NCBI GenBank assembly: GCA_030248215.1
Contig: JASANG010003130.1
Coordinates: 372,001 to 436,000, forward strand
Direction of reading: 5' to 3'
Source of the DNA: Enoplolaimus lenunculus
Taxonomy: Eukaryota
DNA length: 64,000 bases
Part shown: positions 44,901-57,500 of the stretch, piece by piece
Layout: each line of letters opens with the position of its first letter
How positions within the stretch are numbered: the stretch's first letter is position 1
The notes under the pieces: model-generated
Told to the model about the DNA's origin: nothing
The model's database searches: none
The model's input: the letters and a program-made list of their open reading frames with translations, nothing else
Position numbers and translations under genes: made by a program

Positions 44901-47900
44901 TTGCTGCAAATATTAATGTTATTTTGGTTTTTAATTCAGCATCTAAAATACCTCAAGTCGAAAATTGTGAAAGATTAATGAAATCATATTTATGATCTAT
45001 TACTTGCTTGATTGTAAGCCTCCTGGACCAAGATAAAGATTTACTATGCTTACCATTGTTGTAACTTACGTCTTTATAGTACGTATGTACCTAACGTTGA
45101 TTGAACATAATACCCTATTGGCCTTTGTAGTTAATTTATGTCAAACACCACGAACCAAAATTGTTCAAGTGTATAGATGAAATTTGGGCATTATACCATT
45201 TAATTTCAAAACTCTATTTTCAATAACGCAGGACCGATGTGAAGATGAGGGGCTAAACGTGTTTTTCTGTGGGACTGCAATAGAGTAAGCTTAAGCTTTA
45301 GACTATTTTTTACTTAGGCTTAGGCTTAGGTTTAGGCTTTTTATGTAAGAAGCTCATTCTTACGTTTAGGCTTAGGTTTAGGTTTTGCAATATGCTTTAC
45401 TACTGTTACGGCCCTGTACTATACATTGGCCACAACGCGTGACACGGTATAATTCTGAACAGCAGGCAGTAAAAGTTCATTTTTGTAAACTATAAATTTT
45501 AACGTGAATTCAAAAAAAAAAAAAAACCCCAAACCCCAAACAAAAGTTATAACAAATAATTGCATTTAAGGAGTAATTGCAATAATTTTTCCATGTCTAT
45601 CAAATATAGAAATTAATTTTAGGAAACATATAGGTTACGTGTTAGGTATTCAGCCAATGACCGTGCTAACTTATCTAACAACGGTATTAATTTCAACAAA
45701 ATTTTAACCAAATTCAGCAATTTTTGACAAAATACAACATAGCGTCAATTCACGGAACTTGTCAAATTCGACTGATTGAGTTCTTGTACATTTTCTCTCT
45801 ACGTTCAAAGTTAACGCTTACAACTGGCAATGGCTTGTGCTTAGATGCAGAATTAAGAGAAAATATGTACAAGAGCTGTTGTCTCTTGTTCGAGTTAAAC
45901 AAATTTCTGCACGAAAAGAGGTTTGCTGCTGCACTTTCAACTTGAATTTAGACGCAACGCAATTTGAACCACAGTTTCATATTTAAATAAAAACTAATAA
46001 ATTAAAGAGGTTTGCTGCTGCACTTTCAACTTGAATTTAGACGCAACGCAATTTGAACCACAGTTTCATATTTAAATAAAAACTAATAAATTAAAAAAAT
46101 TAAACGCATTGAAAAATGAGTAGGCCGAATGCCACTTCGGTGAACGTTGAGGTCAGCTGCACTTGCGCCAACAAGCTTAAACTAAAACATAAGGGAGGCG
46201 GTATACTTGTCTTGCAATGCCGTCCGGTGCCGTCCGTCACCGACCGCCACCATACGGTATCGTACACGAGTAATTCACATACGATCCCGCAAGGTGACGT
46301 ATGGTAATGGACCACACCGGACGGCGACGGACGGCGGTGGACGTCATCAAAGGTATAGCGCCGCCCTAAGTCTACCTGTTCGCGCGCAGAATACCTCAAA
46401 AGTACGTCCGTTTCCGCCGCCATTTATTTAATATTGCACTTTGTCTCCTTCTATCACAAGTTTTGAAATTTTCAGTTTTTGCCATAACTTAGGTTGAGGT
46501 TGAAGCTGAACGTTAGCCTTAGGGTTAGGGTTCAGCTTAAACCTAAACGTAAGTTATGGCAAAAACTGAAAATTTCTAAATTTGTGATAGAAGGCGACAA
46601 AGTTCAAAGATTAAATAAACAACGGCGTAAACTGACGTACTTTTGAGGTATTCTAAGCGAGGTCGCGTTGCGAGAATCAACAAAACTCTGAATTAAGTTT
46701 ATCTATAATAAACAACAGAAAAGATTAAGATTATTATAAAAATGAATAAATAAAACCTTCATGTGCGCATGCAAGGGAATAATAGTTCGAAAAAACAAAA
46801 AAAAAACAAGCAAACTGCAAGAATTGGTGTAAATGTGTACGGACTTTTTGGTTATTCTCCTCCAGTATGCTATTGTCCAAACATGATCCAAGTTTGAAAA
46901 CTTTTGCATATTTGAGCTTCTCATGACTTTCTCTGATTATTCTAAGCCCAAATTGGAATTTTGATATAACCATATTTTTGAGTTCGCAAGGTTGTTCTTG
47001 GAACCGAAAATATGTTAAAAAAGTTAGATAATTTCTACATTATTCAATGCAGCTTGCGGCGCTGAGTCGAATGATGATAACATTTTTATCGTCAACTAAC
47101 TAGTTTGCGAGTTATGTATGACCAAATAACTGATTTAGCATCTTCCCAAATGTTTGGCTAATCGCCAAGCCAGTTGTTTGCCCGCAACAGGTAAGCAAGT
47201 TGTTTAATGTAAGAAATTTCAACAACATTCGACAGAGCGTCAGAGGCTGCATCGAACGATATTTGAATTATCTAACTTGTTAACAAAAATTCTTTTCGGT
47301 CAAATGCGGTCTTGACCTTAAAAATCGAACTTTCAAAAATCAGAGGAGGACATGAGGAAAAGCTCAAAAATACAAAAATTGTATGAAAATCCGACCATTT
47401 TGAACGAATGTGAAGGTAATAACCGAAACGACCAAAAGAGAAAGTAGCCTTAGCGCTGAAAAGTTGCCTGATAACAAACCTAAACCTAAAATCGATTAGA
47501 AGGCGACCGCAAGTCAATAAAACGAGTCTGTTAGGACTGTCTCTAGGCATATTGTATTAATAACAAAGGTCCATTATTACCTTGACATGGCATTACGCAA
47601 TTTACATATCCAAAGGTTTTAGTAAGGGAAGATTAAGCTTAACCTAGCCCTTAAACCTGAATGTTGGAGCAAAGTATACTCGAGTAACCACTGTATTTTC
47701 ATTTGGAATCACGAGAGAAATTTTCCTACCTAAAAACGATGTAGTATAATTCGATTGTTTCTTATATTCTTAGTCAATTAGTCGATATATAATTTTGGGT
47801 ATATAAAAAACTTACATTGTTTTGCGTATTGTTAGCGCGCAGATATGTTAAAAAGATAACTATAATTTGTTCTAAAGCTATATGGCTCCCATCGACTTCA

Positions 47901-50900
47901 AAAATGTTTCACATATTGGCTGGGTTACTGAAATCTTACTCAAGTATTTACATACTTAAGTTATACTTAAGCAATTACATTAGTCGCTGACATTTTTAAT
48001 TAGATCAAGATTAGTATGTTCGTACTGTTATTTTTAAGATATCAAATTTGGCCATCAACGTAAGTATTAACTTAAGTTTAGTACGCTTTTAAAAACGACA
48101 AAATAATTATGCTATTGCCTAGCACGTATTAAGGAAGTACTTGTCGTACACTTGCCGTTCTTAGGAAGAGTTTCAGAAACCCAGTCAATGTTTGTTGAGT
48201 AAAATACTGACAGCGAAAAAAAATCAAAAAAAGCGGTGAATAAATACTGCAACCAAATAATAGAAATATATCATAGTGAAAAACAAACCGTTTTGCAATC
48301 CCAAGATGAAGATATTATTGTCTAATTGTGTATTCGTAATGAAAAATTAAAAGCATATGCAATCACATCTTGTATCAATAATATCACTAGCAACGAATAA
48401 TTAGAACAGTTTGTCTAATTTTTCACGAACTTTCAAGCTGCAGACGTTGCCAAATAAACCCAATTTATTATTGGTCCAAAAGCGGGCATATTTTAGCCTT
48501 CTTGTACACTTCGTTTTCTACACGCTTAGGTATAGATTAGACCTGCACTTAGGCTTAGGTTTAGGAAAATGCTTCCCTGTGCCTGCCATTTAAGCCTTTA
48601 TTTTTGTCTATGCAAAAGCCAGAAGCCTAAAATCTCAGATTTTGCCAAAACCTAAGCCCAAGCCTCAACCTTCCGTTCGGGGGAGAGTGTACAAAACCTC
48701 AGACGAGTTAGCTTTAACTTTTATCTTGTGTTAAAAATCAGTTTTCGCAGAATGCGCTAGCCCACCCAAAACCTATTTAACATAACCTGTCAACAACTAA
48801 CAGTCCCTACCCTGCATACTGAATAATATAATCAAACGTAAATGGCGGATTTCTTGCAACCACCACTAGCACCGGTCACAGCCGCAACTGGGTTTACGTT
48901 AAGCCCTGGGCAAGCGTGCACAAGAGAGACTCAACTTATACGCAGAGATTTGCACTCTGACAATGAGATTAAGCATTGCATCTTGAGAAAATTTCCAATA
49001 ATTGTTTTATGGTAACAGCCTTTGTAATATTTTTGCTTGTTACGGGCGGTGATTCGTAGGGGCACCGAAATCGATGAAAATCATGGGTATTTGCTTTAGG
49101 TTCCACCACACCGGCTGGCGTAAATTAGGTCAACGTGATGCATTTGTGTCCTCGGGACATTACTTACACCTTTTAAACAAATACCAAATATGTCGATATA
49201 AATTTGTTGTACCAAATTTTGGTCAAACGCCTTTGCACTCATGATGTCTCATAAACAGGAGTGTAGCCAGGATTTTATTTCGGGAGGGTGTAATACGTCT
49301 GGTAAAAAATTGTTCGACCTCTACCATTAAAAATGTTTTTCTAAAGCCTGCTCTGAAAGTTATTTCTTGTCCTCTACAATTTTCGATAGGGAATATGTAC
49401 CCTATATTCCTTCGATTGTATACGTCCCTGATCACAAACTAACCTTTCGAAGAATAATCGGCATCATTTACTGTACTGGCGTTGCCGTGAGCGTTAGCGG
49501 TAGCACGACTGTCGGCCGTCATGCTGTTGCCTCCAACTTCAGGCTGTAGCTGTTGGCGACGCTCTGGAGCTGCAGATCGTGATTTTCGTGATCGAGAACG
49601 ACTTCTTGATGCGCTTGGTGATCTTGTTCGAGTTGTTGTTGTTGTTGTCGCAGATGATTTTGCTAAAAGATTAGTCAGTGACGGTGTACGCTGTTGCCGA
49701 TGGTGTTTGCCCGCGTGCAGCCGCGCTTCGACGCCGCCAGAAGCTGATTGAGGCCGCGGATGGCCGCCTGGAAACGCCATGGCGTCGCGGTGTCAATTCA
49801 CAAACACTTATCAGGGTAATTGCCCTGGGACTTTAAGGAACGCCTAATGGCAGGGGCGTAGCTAGCGTTTCATTTCAAAAATGTATAATTTCATAAAAAC
49901 GTTTTTAACATCTATAATTCAAAAAGTGTAATTTCATAAAAAGCGAAAGTGTTGTTTTCTTGATTCTGAACATTTGGTGAAGCGAAATATTCTATCTATC
50001 CCTGCCCTGGTATACACCCATGCCCTGGGAACTCAAACTGGTTAGAACAGTTTTTCCAAAGTAGTGGAAAAGTTCTGACTTGGCTTATAAATTGAGCCAA
50101 ACCCTTCGAACGCTTTTGAATAACTTTTTTGGCCCCTTGTACATGTAAATGGACCTTATGCCGAGACACCTTCAATCTTTTCAACATTGATTTTTGCATA
50201 TATGCTTATAAAACCCAATAAAAAATGCACAGTGTTCAACATTAATACTGTCAGTTCACTCAGTAAGTTAATTAGTAATTGAACGCATGTAATTGATAGT
50301 ATCTCAACCCGTATTCTCAAATGTGTGTAGCACCTATCACCAGTTGGTGATAGGTCTTCCAACTTGCGAACCAGGAAACGGTGAGGTTTGAAATTCAGCA
50401 TATTTATTGCATTCGATTTACTCTAATTCTGTGCAAATTTTGAGATCTGCAATTGCAGCAGTTCGTTAGTTTGTGGATCTATTAATAACTAATGATAGGT
50501 GCTATACGCATTTGAGAATACGGGCATTCGAATCAATTAATATTCTGTTTGAACTAAATATTATTGAAATAATTTAATTGGGATGAAAAAGTGTTTAAAG
50601 ACTTTTCACATTTTTAATGTAGTCGCGTTGTTGCCACAGGTAAATCATGACCTATCCGACTCCTGGGACCGATCAAAACTGTGGACTCATAAAAATGAAA
50701 TGATGCAATCGATGCTAAAATGTATGTTTCCATTCAAAATCTTTACCTTTCAACTATTCGTCACAGGGTCTTTGAAGGTACGGACCCTGAAGCCGCGATC
50801 TGACTTGCTTTCATTATGATCAAACACAGGTTGTTACTGCGGCTAAATTTGTTTTTCAATTTGAAAAACGGATTTGTTTAGTTTTACCATTGCTGTTACC

Positions 50901-53900
50901 GGATATTAATGTTTAAATAAAAAAAGTCACCTATTGGTACAGACATAATTTTAAATGTTAAAATTCGCTCAAAAACAGTCTTGGTGCTTGGCTGCAGACA
51001 GCTAAATGTCTTTATCACCTCCGCCATAAAACTGTATTTTATCTCTGTTTCAAGCAAAAAGTTATCATTATTTCAATACAACCAATCAAAAATGGCAACT
51101 GTTGAAATATTATGAATTTTTAGACTGTAAAAATAATATTATCCTTGGCTATGTGCTGAGTCCATATAAGAGTATTGGCCTTAACCCAAAATAAGTTATT
51201 GTACGTCAACAGAAACATGTCGGCCAATGTAGCATTTAATGTCGTTATCGTACTTTAAGCATACTCCAAAGCGTAATCCTAAGACAAAGCGTAAATATAA
51301 GTGCTAACTTTACACGTAAGTTTTAAGCATAAACCTAAAAGGAAACAGTCTTAAATTTAATCTCAGAGCCGGCGTTAGCATAGTTGAGCACCAACCCAAA
51401 CAGGTCCGACGGGGGCCCCAATAAAATGTTTTACAACTCTAAAACTTAGTAGCCAGCGAAATGCCAAGTGGGGCCTAAGGTCCGGGACCCTCCCCCAATT
51501 GGGGTGTTTGGGTGGGGGGGCGCTTCCTCCGGCACTGTCTAATCCTACTCTATTGCAGTCGTACTAGAAATCGAGGCGGCCCTAAAAGTAACATGGGTCA
51601 GCAAGTCAGCAAATTTTTTTGAATCATTGTCCTTAACTCAGATGTAACAAGAAAGGTTGATGTTGAAACTTGACAGAAAGTTAAAGTCATGACCTGCAAC
51701 CATGAGTTGCGGAAGTTAGTGAATCGTTTCAGTTCCACTGTCTTTAATTTACAGGTCGAAAATCAAATTATCAAACATGGAAAAAGAAGCAAAATTGCGC
51801 TGGATACAGCTCGTAGCTTAAAATAAGTCGAAAATCTAATTTCAAACCTAATTGGAAAGGATCGAAGCTTGCGGGAGCAAATACGGCAGAGTTGTCAGTG
51901 AAACATCATAGTAATCTTCAATTAAAAAGAAATGCTATTGTTTAGCTTAAAAGTTGACGTTCAAGCCTATTCGCAAGCCTAAGCCTAAACCAGTATAACA
52001 CAATGCAAGTCGTCTATTTTTAAACTAAAACTAGTTTTGCCTGTAAACGGGTTTGTGCAACTTCCACAATAACAAGTGCAAATCAAGTAACCTAACCAAG
52101 TAGTTCACATTAGCCGGATCAGTCAAAATGAGCTAAATCAGTGAGTCTGGATTAAGTCTTTCAGAACACAGAATTCAGAATTGATTCAACTCATTCTGAG
52201 TGAGAATCTACTTAAATCAGCGTGCAAGAATGTTTACTGATATTAACTCAGAAATATCTAACTCAATTGCTGACTTGACCAATCAACTGAATGCAATATA
52301 CAGTGGAAAAGTTATATATTCTTTATAACAAAATCAAATGTCTATTTAGTAGGATTATCGGGATGTCTCTATCCGAAAAAATTTCGACATTAGTTAAATT
52401 TAGAGGGTTCTGGTTTTGATTTTTGTGGAGATTTTCTCAAACACCTGGCACGCCACTGCAGCAAGCGCACTGTCATGCAGTAAACGTAGAATTATTAACA
52501 AGTGCACTGTGAACCTGTGTAGGGGTTGAATTGCAAAATATGTTTACCCAATATTTAGAAACATGTCACATGAAACCGAAAGTAGTGCAGTGAAGGTGGG
52601 TGCACGGAAAGTGTTTTCATAAAATTAACATAAAAGTTTTGTAAAAACTAGGATGCAACATTTCAATTCCAGGGCTAGTTTCATATCAAAGGTATTTATT
52701 TAAAACGAATACGAAAAAAGTTCAGTAATCTCTGGGACCTAGCACGTTATTAATGATACATAAGTGTATTCCTGAGCCTAAGTCAAAGCCTCAACGTTAC
52801 AATAAGCGCATAACTAAGGCTAAACTGAAGCCTACGATAAACCAAAAAATGGCCTAAAGCTATAAGCTTACTCTATTACAATTGGTTCCGCGAATCAATG
52901 GTTTGACGCTCAAAGAAACATGCGCCATGTAAGAGTGCCTTTGTTCTTGTCTTTAGAAATTTTGCAGGTAAAATACGGCACTTTTTACACTTGTACGAGC
53001 CCCTCGTTTCAAGGAGGTACTGCAATATTCTGCTAATTTTGCGGTACAAGGGGCGTAGCTATGTTTTCATTTCAAGATGGATGATTTTATGTAAAAGTGT
53101 TTTATCAAAAACCCTGTTAAAAATTATTTATTTTTTGTCTTTCCAGAGATTTTGATAGGAAATATATTCCCCCATTCCTTTTCTTGTATAACTCGACTGT
53201 CTGCAAAAATGAATCTGCATGTCTGTGTGAACTTGCTGTTATGTTTAATTTGACTTGCATAGCGTTGTATGGTTATGTTCTTTATGCTTGGGAGAGTAGG
53301 CTTATATTTGGTTAAGTTGTATTGGCCATTTGAGATTTTTGGGTTTAGGGTGCAGGTTTAATATATTTTATGTGGCGTTTACAAATCGTGTCAAAAATTC
53401 AAAATGGTTTTCGCGTTTTGATAGCGTTTTGCCACGCTTTCTATTAAAATCGGCGATTGTTCACTTACAAAAAAGTGTTTTGAAAGATGCTGAGTTAGAC
53501 AAGGATCCGTTTATAATGGCGTTTTGTTTTTGACACAATTTATTTACAGGTAAACAGAGACAGCATCCATTTCTAACTGCAGCTAAAATGTAGCAACTGA
53601 TTTGATTTTACAGAAAAATGGATCGATAGTGTTTCGAGTTCAAAGCAGGGCATTTGCGTGTGAACATGGCAACATTATAAAGGCTATTCAAGGCACCAAT
53701 AACTCGAAATCAGCCATTAAATTTACCAAAACAGAAAACAACATATTACAGAGATAAACTAAATCACAAACGATGCTGCGTTTTGTAATTTTTAAAACCG
53801 TTGCATTTTCCGTGAAGGAATGTGTCAAAAATAAAACGATATTTTAAACGCTTTTCGTGATTCAAACAGCAGCTATCAAAATATATGAAACCGCTATTTC

Positions 53901-56900
53901 AGCATCGATATAAACGCTTTGTTTCAAAACGCGAAAAAACGCATTATAACACGATTCTAAACTGAAAAATATCTAACATTGAAAGACTAAAAAACGTTGC
54001 AATGTGTTAACAATGAGGTTTTTTACTGCACAAACACAATATAAACGTTAGGAAGCTGGGTTAGAAATTGGTATAATCAACTATAATTGTTATGAAAGCA
54101 GAAACGAAAAACAATATACTCCACAAACTGTACTAAAATACAAACAAAATATAACATTTTGAAAGCAAAAAGCGTCAAACAATGTCAAATTGCGTTGCGT
54201 TCGATTCAACGTTATTAGGTAATTCAAAATAGTTCAAATGGATTTTAATCTGTACAAATTTTAACTTTTAAAATCAATATTAGAAAGTAAACAGCTTACC
54301 TGAATGCTTGCACTACGAAATGCCCATTGCCGTCATTGGAACAAGGTTCTTTCACAAATACAAAGCTCAAGCGTTGGCGTGATTTTTTTGGGAATGGTTA
54401 ATTTGTGTGGAAAACGATTAATGTCGGCTATGTTCTATTTTGAGTCCGAATCAATAAGAATCTATATTCCTCTAAAAACCGCAAGGTTCTTGGACCAAAC
54501 AAATGTCAGGACAGTACTTGATTACTCAAAGTATGCATTACCTATATTTATAGAGGTAGCTATAGGTTTCAATAGCATATTTTTGAGTTTAAATCATTCT
54601 AACGAAAAATAGGGGCCCAATTTACAAGGTCAGTGAGTTGAAAGTAACAACGAGACTCCCGGTTATTCGCGTCACTACAGTTAAGCTTATATTGAAATAA
54701 ATTAGCAAACCCCATTCAAAGAAGTTGTGACCACATTGGGTCTTTTGACTACTGAATTGACACAAAACGAACGAATGCTTAAGCAACAAACTACGGAAAC
54801 GAATGACAATATTCATTGCTTGTCATAAATTTAACATTTTAACGGCAGCAACATCACTAAAATTCGAAATACGCATTTTCGCAGTTACATCAAACGCTTA
54901 TTCTATGAATGCATTGTATTATAAACCGTAGCATATTACCGCAATATAGAGCATTTCGCAATGCAAGCAATCAAAGTAAGTGGAAGTGTATTGCTTACAA
55001 ATATACCAAGAGTAATTAATACAAGAAAAAAGCATCCTTTGAAATTTTTATAAAACTTAACGACCCTAAAATCAAATTCCTGGCTACGCCTATTTTTTAA
55101 TTTTATACATTTCACAAGATAAAATTTTAGTTTAAATAATTGTTAACATTTCTACAAAGACTATGTATTTTTCAACTTTTACTGCAGCCAAGCACCAACT
55201 GGCAGAAGTCTTGTTTATATCAAGACCGTTCGATTGAATTTTAACATTTTCTACTGAGAAATCAGCTTGAACGTTAACCTTATAAAGTTGCTTTAATCAG
55301 TTGCGGATTCAAACATTTCCAGTGTGAAAACGAACTCTTTATGTTAAGTAATATTAGTTTTAAAGCGCGTTTTGAGGAAATCTTTTTGATTTCGTAAAGT
55401 TGACGAATTGCCCCGAACGCTCAGAATTTTTGAATTTGCGTTGTAACTTTGAGATATTCTTCACTTATTTGAATCGAACACACATTGTAAACTTCAGTGA
55501 ATCATTTGTGTTGCTGATTTTTCAATAATACATTGCCCATACTTTTATATAGCCACTGGCCCTAATTGAAATTAGTTTCGTTGCAGATTCGACTATAATA
55601 TCAATTACTGTAAAGGCAGTGTTGCGGTACACTTAGCGTGTGGTGCCACGTGCGAAAATTTTAAATACCACTCGGCGATATGTAGCATAGAAAAGTACAG
55701 TGTAATGCTTATTTGAGAAATTGCATTGCATACCAATAATTTAAAGTAAATTTTGTTTTTACACTAATTTAGAGTCTAAATTTACCGACACATGAACCAC
55801 AACTCATTTGTAATGAAATTAATATCCAATGCTTGCATTTTAATTCTGTGTTCGTTGTTTTGTTACGTTTTTTAAATTGTGTCATAACCTAGGTATAGTT
55901 ATACTGCCAAAACCGCCGAAGGGGCTGGCATGAGCCAAGGGATTGGGCCAGGGGAGCTCAGCCCTCCTGGATAAATTTTGGCATGGAAGCTTTTTAGCCC
56001 CCCACTAGAAAGGTAAGCTGGCTACGGGCCTGCGAAGGGGTAATATTAAACAAGCTATTTTTGATTTTTGAAGTTACAAAAAATAAAACTACGTTCAACC
56101 TGCAAAAATATCAAAAGGGATAACATGTGTTGATACTACCGAAACTGCTGAAATAATTATAAAAAATATGCATTGTTACCTGCTTCAAAATAAGATTTTT
56201 AAAAATTTCTACTCGCTACGTTCGCTAAATCACACAGCTGAATTTGCGACAATTCGTCGCATGACAACTTGTCGCTTGAAAGTGTTCCAAGCCAATGCCT
56301 AAACCTAAGTATAGGTCTGAGCCTACTTGTAGACGTCAGCCTAAGCATAATGACACGCAACGAACTGTCGAGTCGACGAGATTTCGGGTCTAAGTTGTCG
56401 GTTGACGATTTTTCAGGCGGCGAATTCTTGTAATATCTGAACCCGTATTTTTAATTGTTTGTGGCACCTATCTACAGATAGCAATAGGATACAAACAAGC
56501 GAACTATATCACGTACAAATGTCAAAGTATACTCGCATATAAAAGTAGCTAACCAACAGAATGTACCAAATTTCGAAGTTCTCGATTGGCAGGTTCAAAA
56601 TATATGAAACCAACCACCAACTCGAGCAGTGGCGGATCCAAGATCTCAAAATGGGGGGGCCAAAATTTCACAGGCAATAAAGTTACTTTTGATCCATACA
56701 CAAACCACGAACTATTGTCACAAAATTGCTATATAATTTTTGTCGAGATGCAATTGGGGGGGCACGGCCGGGGTGGCCCCCCATGGAACCGCCATTGAAC
56801 TAGAGATAGGCGCTACATACATTTGAGAATATGGGACCTCGTTGCAGTTATGCTCTCCCGAAACCAAACACTTTGCTATACAATTGTCATATGAACTTAC

Positions 56901-57298
56901 CAGGTGTTGAACTAAACGATTGTGTTTCGCTTCGTCTCGCAATGGGGACATTAAGAGCTCGTAATTCAGGATCGACATGATCGATGAACGGAAACTCGCG
57001 AGGGGTACAACTCCAAAACGCAAACGGTGTCCCATCTCGGCCCCGTCTGTTATCAGCTCTGCGGGCAGGTGACGCTACTCGAGCTTCTGCCATATAATCA
57101 CGAAGGGTAGGTTGATTCAGTGTATCTTTCCGCGAAACACGCTCGTTGCACGCAAGTTTAACATTGTATATTCTATACTGATGGGGCAGGAGGTCCAAGT
57201 AGGACAGTTCACGGGGGGTTGAACTACCAAATGCGTACTCGTAACGCTTTGGGTCACCTCCTCTGCCGAGGCTTTTGCTGCGACGTGACATCATGTTC
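35087..57298 (-). CDS. Large intrinsically disordered protein (about 1,690 aa), candidate Ensconsin/MAP7-like microtubule-associated protein; 5' end possibly incomplete
   Basis: Exons in transcript order: 57298-56901, 49662-49444, 43125-43054, 41799-41599, 41097-40909, 39774-36607, 35910-35087 (TGA). All junctions are GT-AG and phase 1, and they join in frame. The family call rests only on the YAFGSSTPREL motif and a basic N-half / acidic C-half composition. I found no MAP7 coiled-coil domain. Confidence 0.8.
36607..39774 (-). CDS. Minus-strand gene giant exon F (3168 nt, E/S/D/Q-rich)
   Basis: Lies within the 1085-aa ORF; atttcag| acceptor, GATA|GTAAGT donor, phase 1-1. Confidence 0.9.
40069..40320. 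mobile_element. CACTG-like decayed MITE with AACTCA/TGAGTT repeats
   Basis: ACTGTAAAT...ATTTACATTG ends; homologue at about 52110-52304. Confidence 0.55.
40909..41097 (-). CDS. Minus-strand gene exon E (PQKQEASPPSEPTTAPAP...EEIPP)
   Basis: ttttag| acceptor, CCAG|GTTAA donor, 189 nt open frame, phase 1-1. Not listed in the ORF track. Confidence 0.8.
41599..41799 (-). CDS. Minus-strand gene exon D (SSARQISRRERKQRPQP...KRPKQVK)
   Basis: tatctttag| acceptor, AAAG|GTTCGT donor, 201 nt, phase 1-1; K/Q-rich. Confidence 0.8.
42774..42973. mobile_element. Palindromic CACTG-ended MITE (EnSpm/CACTA-like)
   Basis: ta|CACTGTAAAAAATGGG...CCCATATTTTACAGTG|ta; close copy at 60600-60803. Confidence 0.85.
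43054..43125 (-). CDS. Minus-strand gene exon C (AQKRKKPQPSTAASSRNAFRTTT)
   Basis: catttcag| acceptor, ACAG|GTTGT donor, 72 nt, phase 1-1. Confidence 0.7.
44111..44390. mobile_element. Harbinger-like MITE with TGCAAGTT repeats
   Basis: GCCCTATTTACACGTGCAAGTTTTTG...CAAAAACTTGCACATCTGAATTGGGAC; relatives at about 9390-9517 and about 27539-27770. Confidence 0.7.
45232..45431 (+). mobile_element. TTAGGC-bearing GGCC MITE copy
   Basis: GACCGATGT...ACATTGGCC; body colinear with 24929-25126 and 62602-62814. Confidence 0.8.
45915..46095 (+). repeat. Perfect 89-bp direct tandem duplication
   Basis: AAAGAGGTTTGCTGCTGCAC... starts at 45915 and again at 46004. Confidence 0.9.
46193..46366. mobile_element. 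PIF/Harbinger-like MITE
   Basis: taa|GGGAGGCGGTATAC...GTATAGCGCCGCCC|taa. Confidence 0.8.
46388..46654. repeat. 267-bp fold-back palindrome with a telomere-like centre
   Basis: AGAATACCTCAAAAGTACGTC pairs with GACGTACTTTTGAGGTATTCT; TTTTCAGTTTTTGCCATAACTTA pairs with TAAGTTATGGCAAAAACTGAAAA. Confidence 0.9.
49444..49662 (-). CDS. Minus-strand gene exon B (KSSATTTTTTRTRSPSASRSRSRSRKSRS...DYSSK)
   Basis: ctgactaatcttttag| acceptor, AAAG|GTTAGT donor, 219 nt, phase 1-1. Confidence 0.8.
50307..50525. mobile_element. MITE, family CCCGTATTCTCAAATG
   Basis: CCCGTATTCTCAAATGTGTGTAGCACCTATCA...TGATAGGTGCTATACGCATTTGAGAATACGGG. Confidence 0.8.
51222..51599 (-). mobile_element. Decayed TTAGGC-bearing GGCC MITE with a nested hAT-type MITE (51364-51537)
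   Basis: Outer GGCCAATGT...ACATGGGTC with TSD AACATGTC/AGCAAGTC. Inner CAGAGCCGG...CCGGCACTG with TSD TTTAATCT/TCTAATCC. Confidence 0.65.
56627..56797 (+). mobile_element. hAT-type MITE (CAGTGGCGGATCCA TIR) nested in a CCCGTATT-family element
   Basis: TSD AACTCGAG/AACTAGAG; homologous to 61535-61712. Confidence 0.85.
56901..57298 (-). CDS. Minus-strand gene exon A (NMMSRRSKS...YAFGSSTPRELSY...FAFWSCTPREF...SSTP)
   Basis: aatacag| acceptor, open frame, CCTG|GTAAGT donor. ATG at 57294 may be the start, or a further upstream exon exists. Confidence 0.75.
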
Positions 57299-57500
57299 CT
57301 GTATTCCAATACACAATAGAACTGGTGTTTAGGTGTATATTTATGATACTAAAATAATGTTTAATAATAATTCGTAATGGTTCTTTAGCACTCTGTGAAC
57401 AAAAATTGCAATTCTTAGCAGAGCAACACAGTCAGCAAAATCTGTACCCTGTAGAGGGGCTGTCACGTCTTGTGCAGTTATTGCACTACACATACGCGTA

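Noticed and set aside
50746..50842. Possible minus-strand exon (tttag ... AAG|GTAAAG)
   Set aside because: Stop codons in all three frames.
54300..54348. Strong minus-strand donor (CAG|GTAAGC) as an extra exon of the minus-strand gene
   Set aside because: The acceptor is weak, the 49-nt length breaks frame, and the phase-1-compatible frame contains TAG. It could be a non-coding first exon but this is unsupported.
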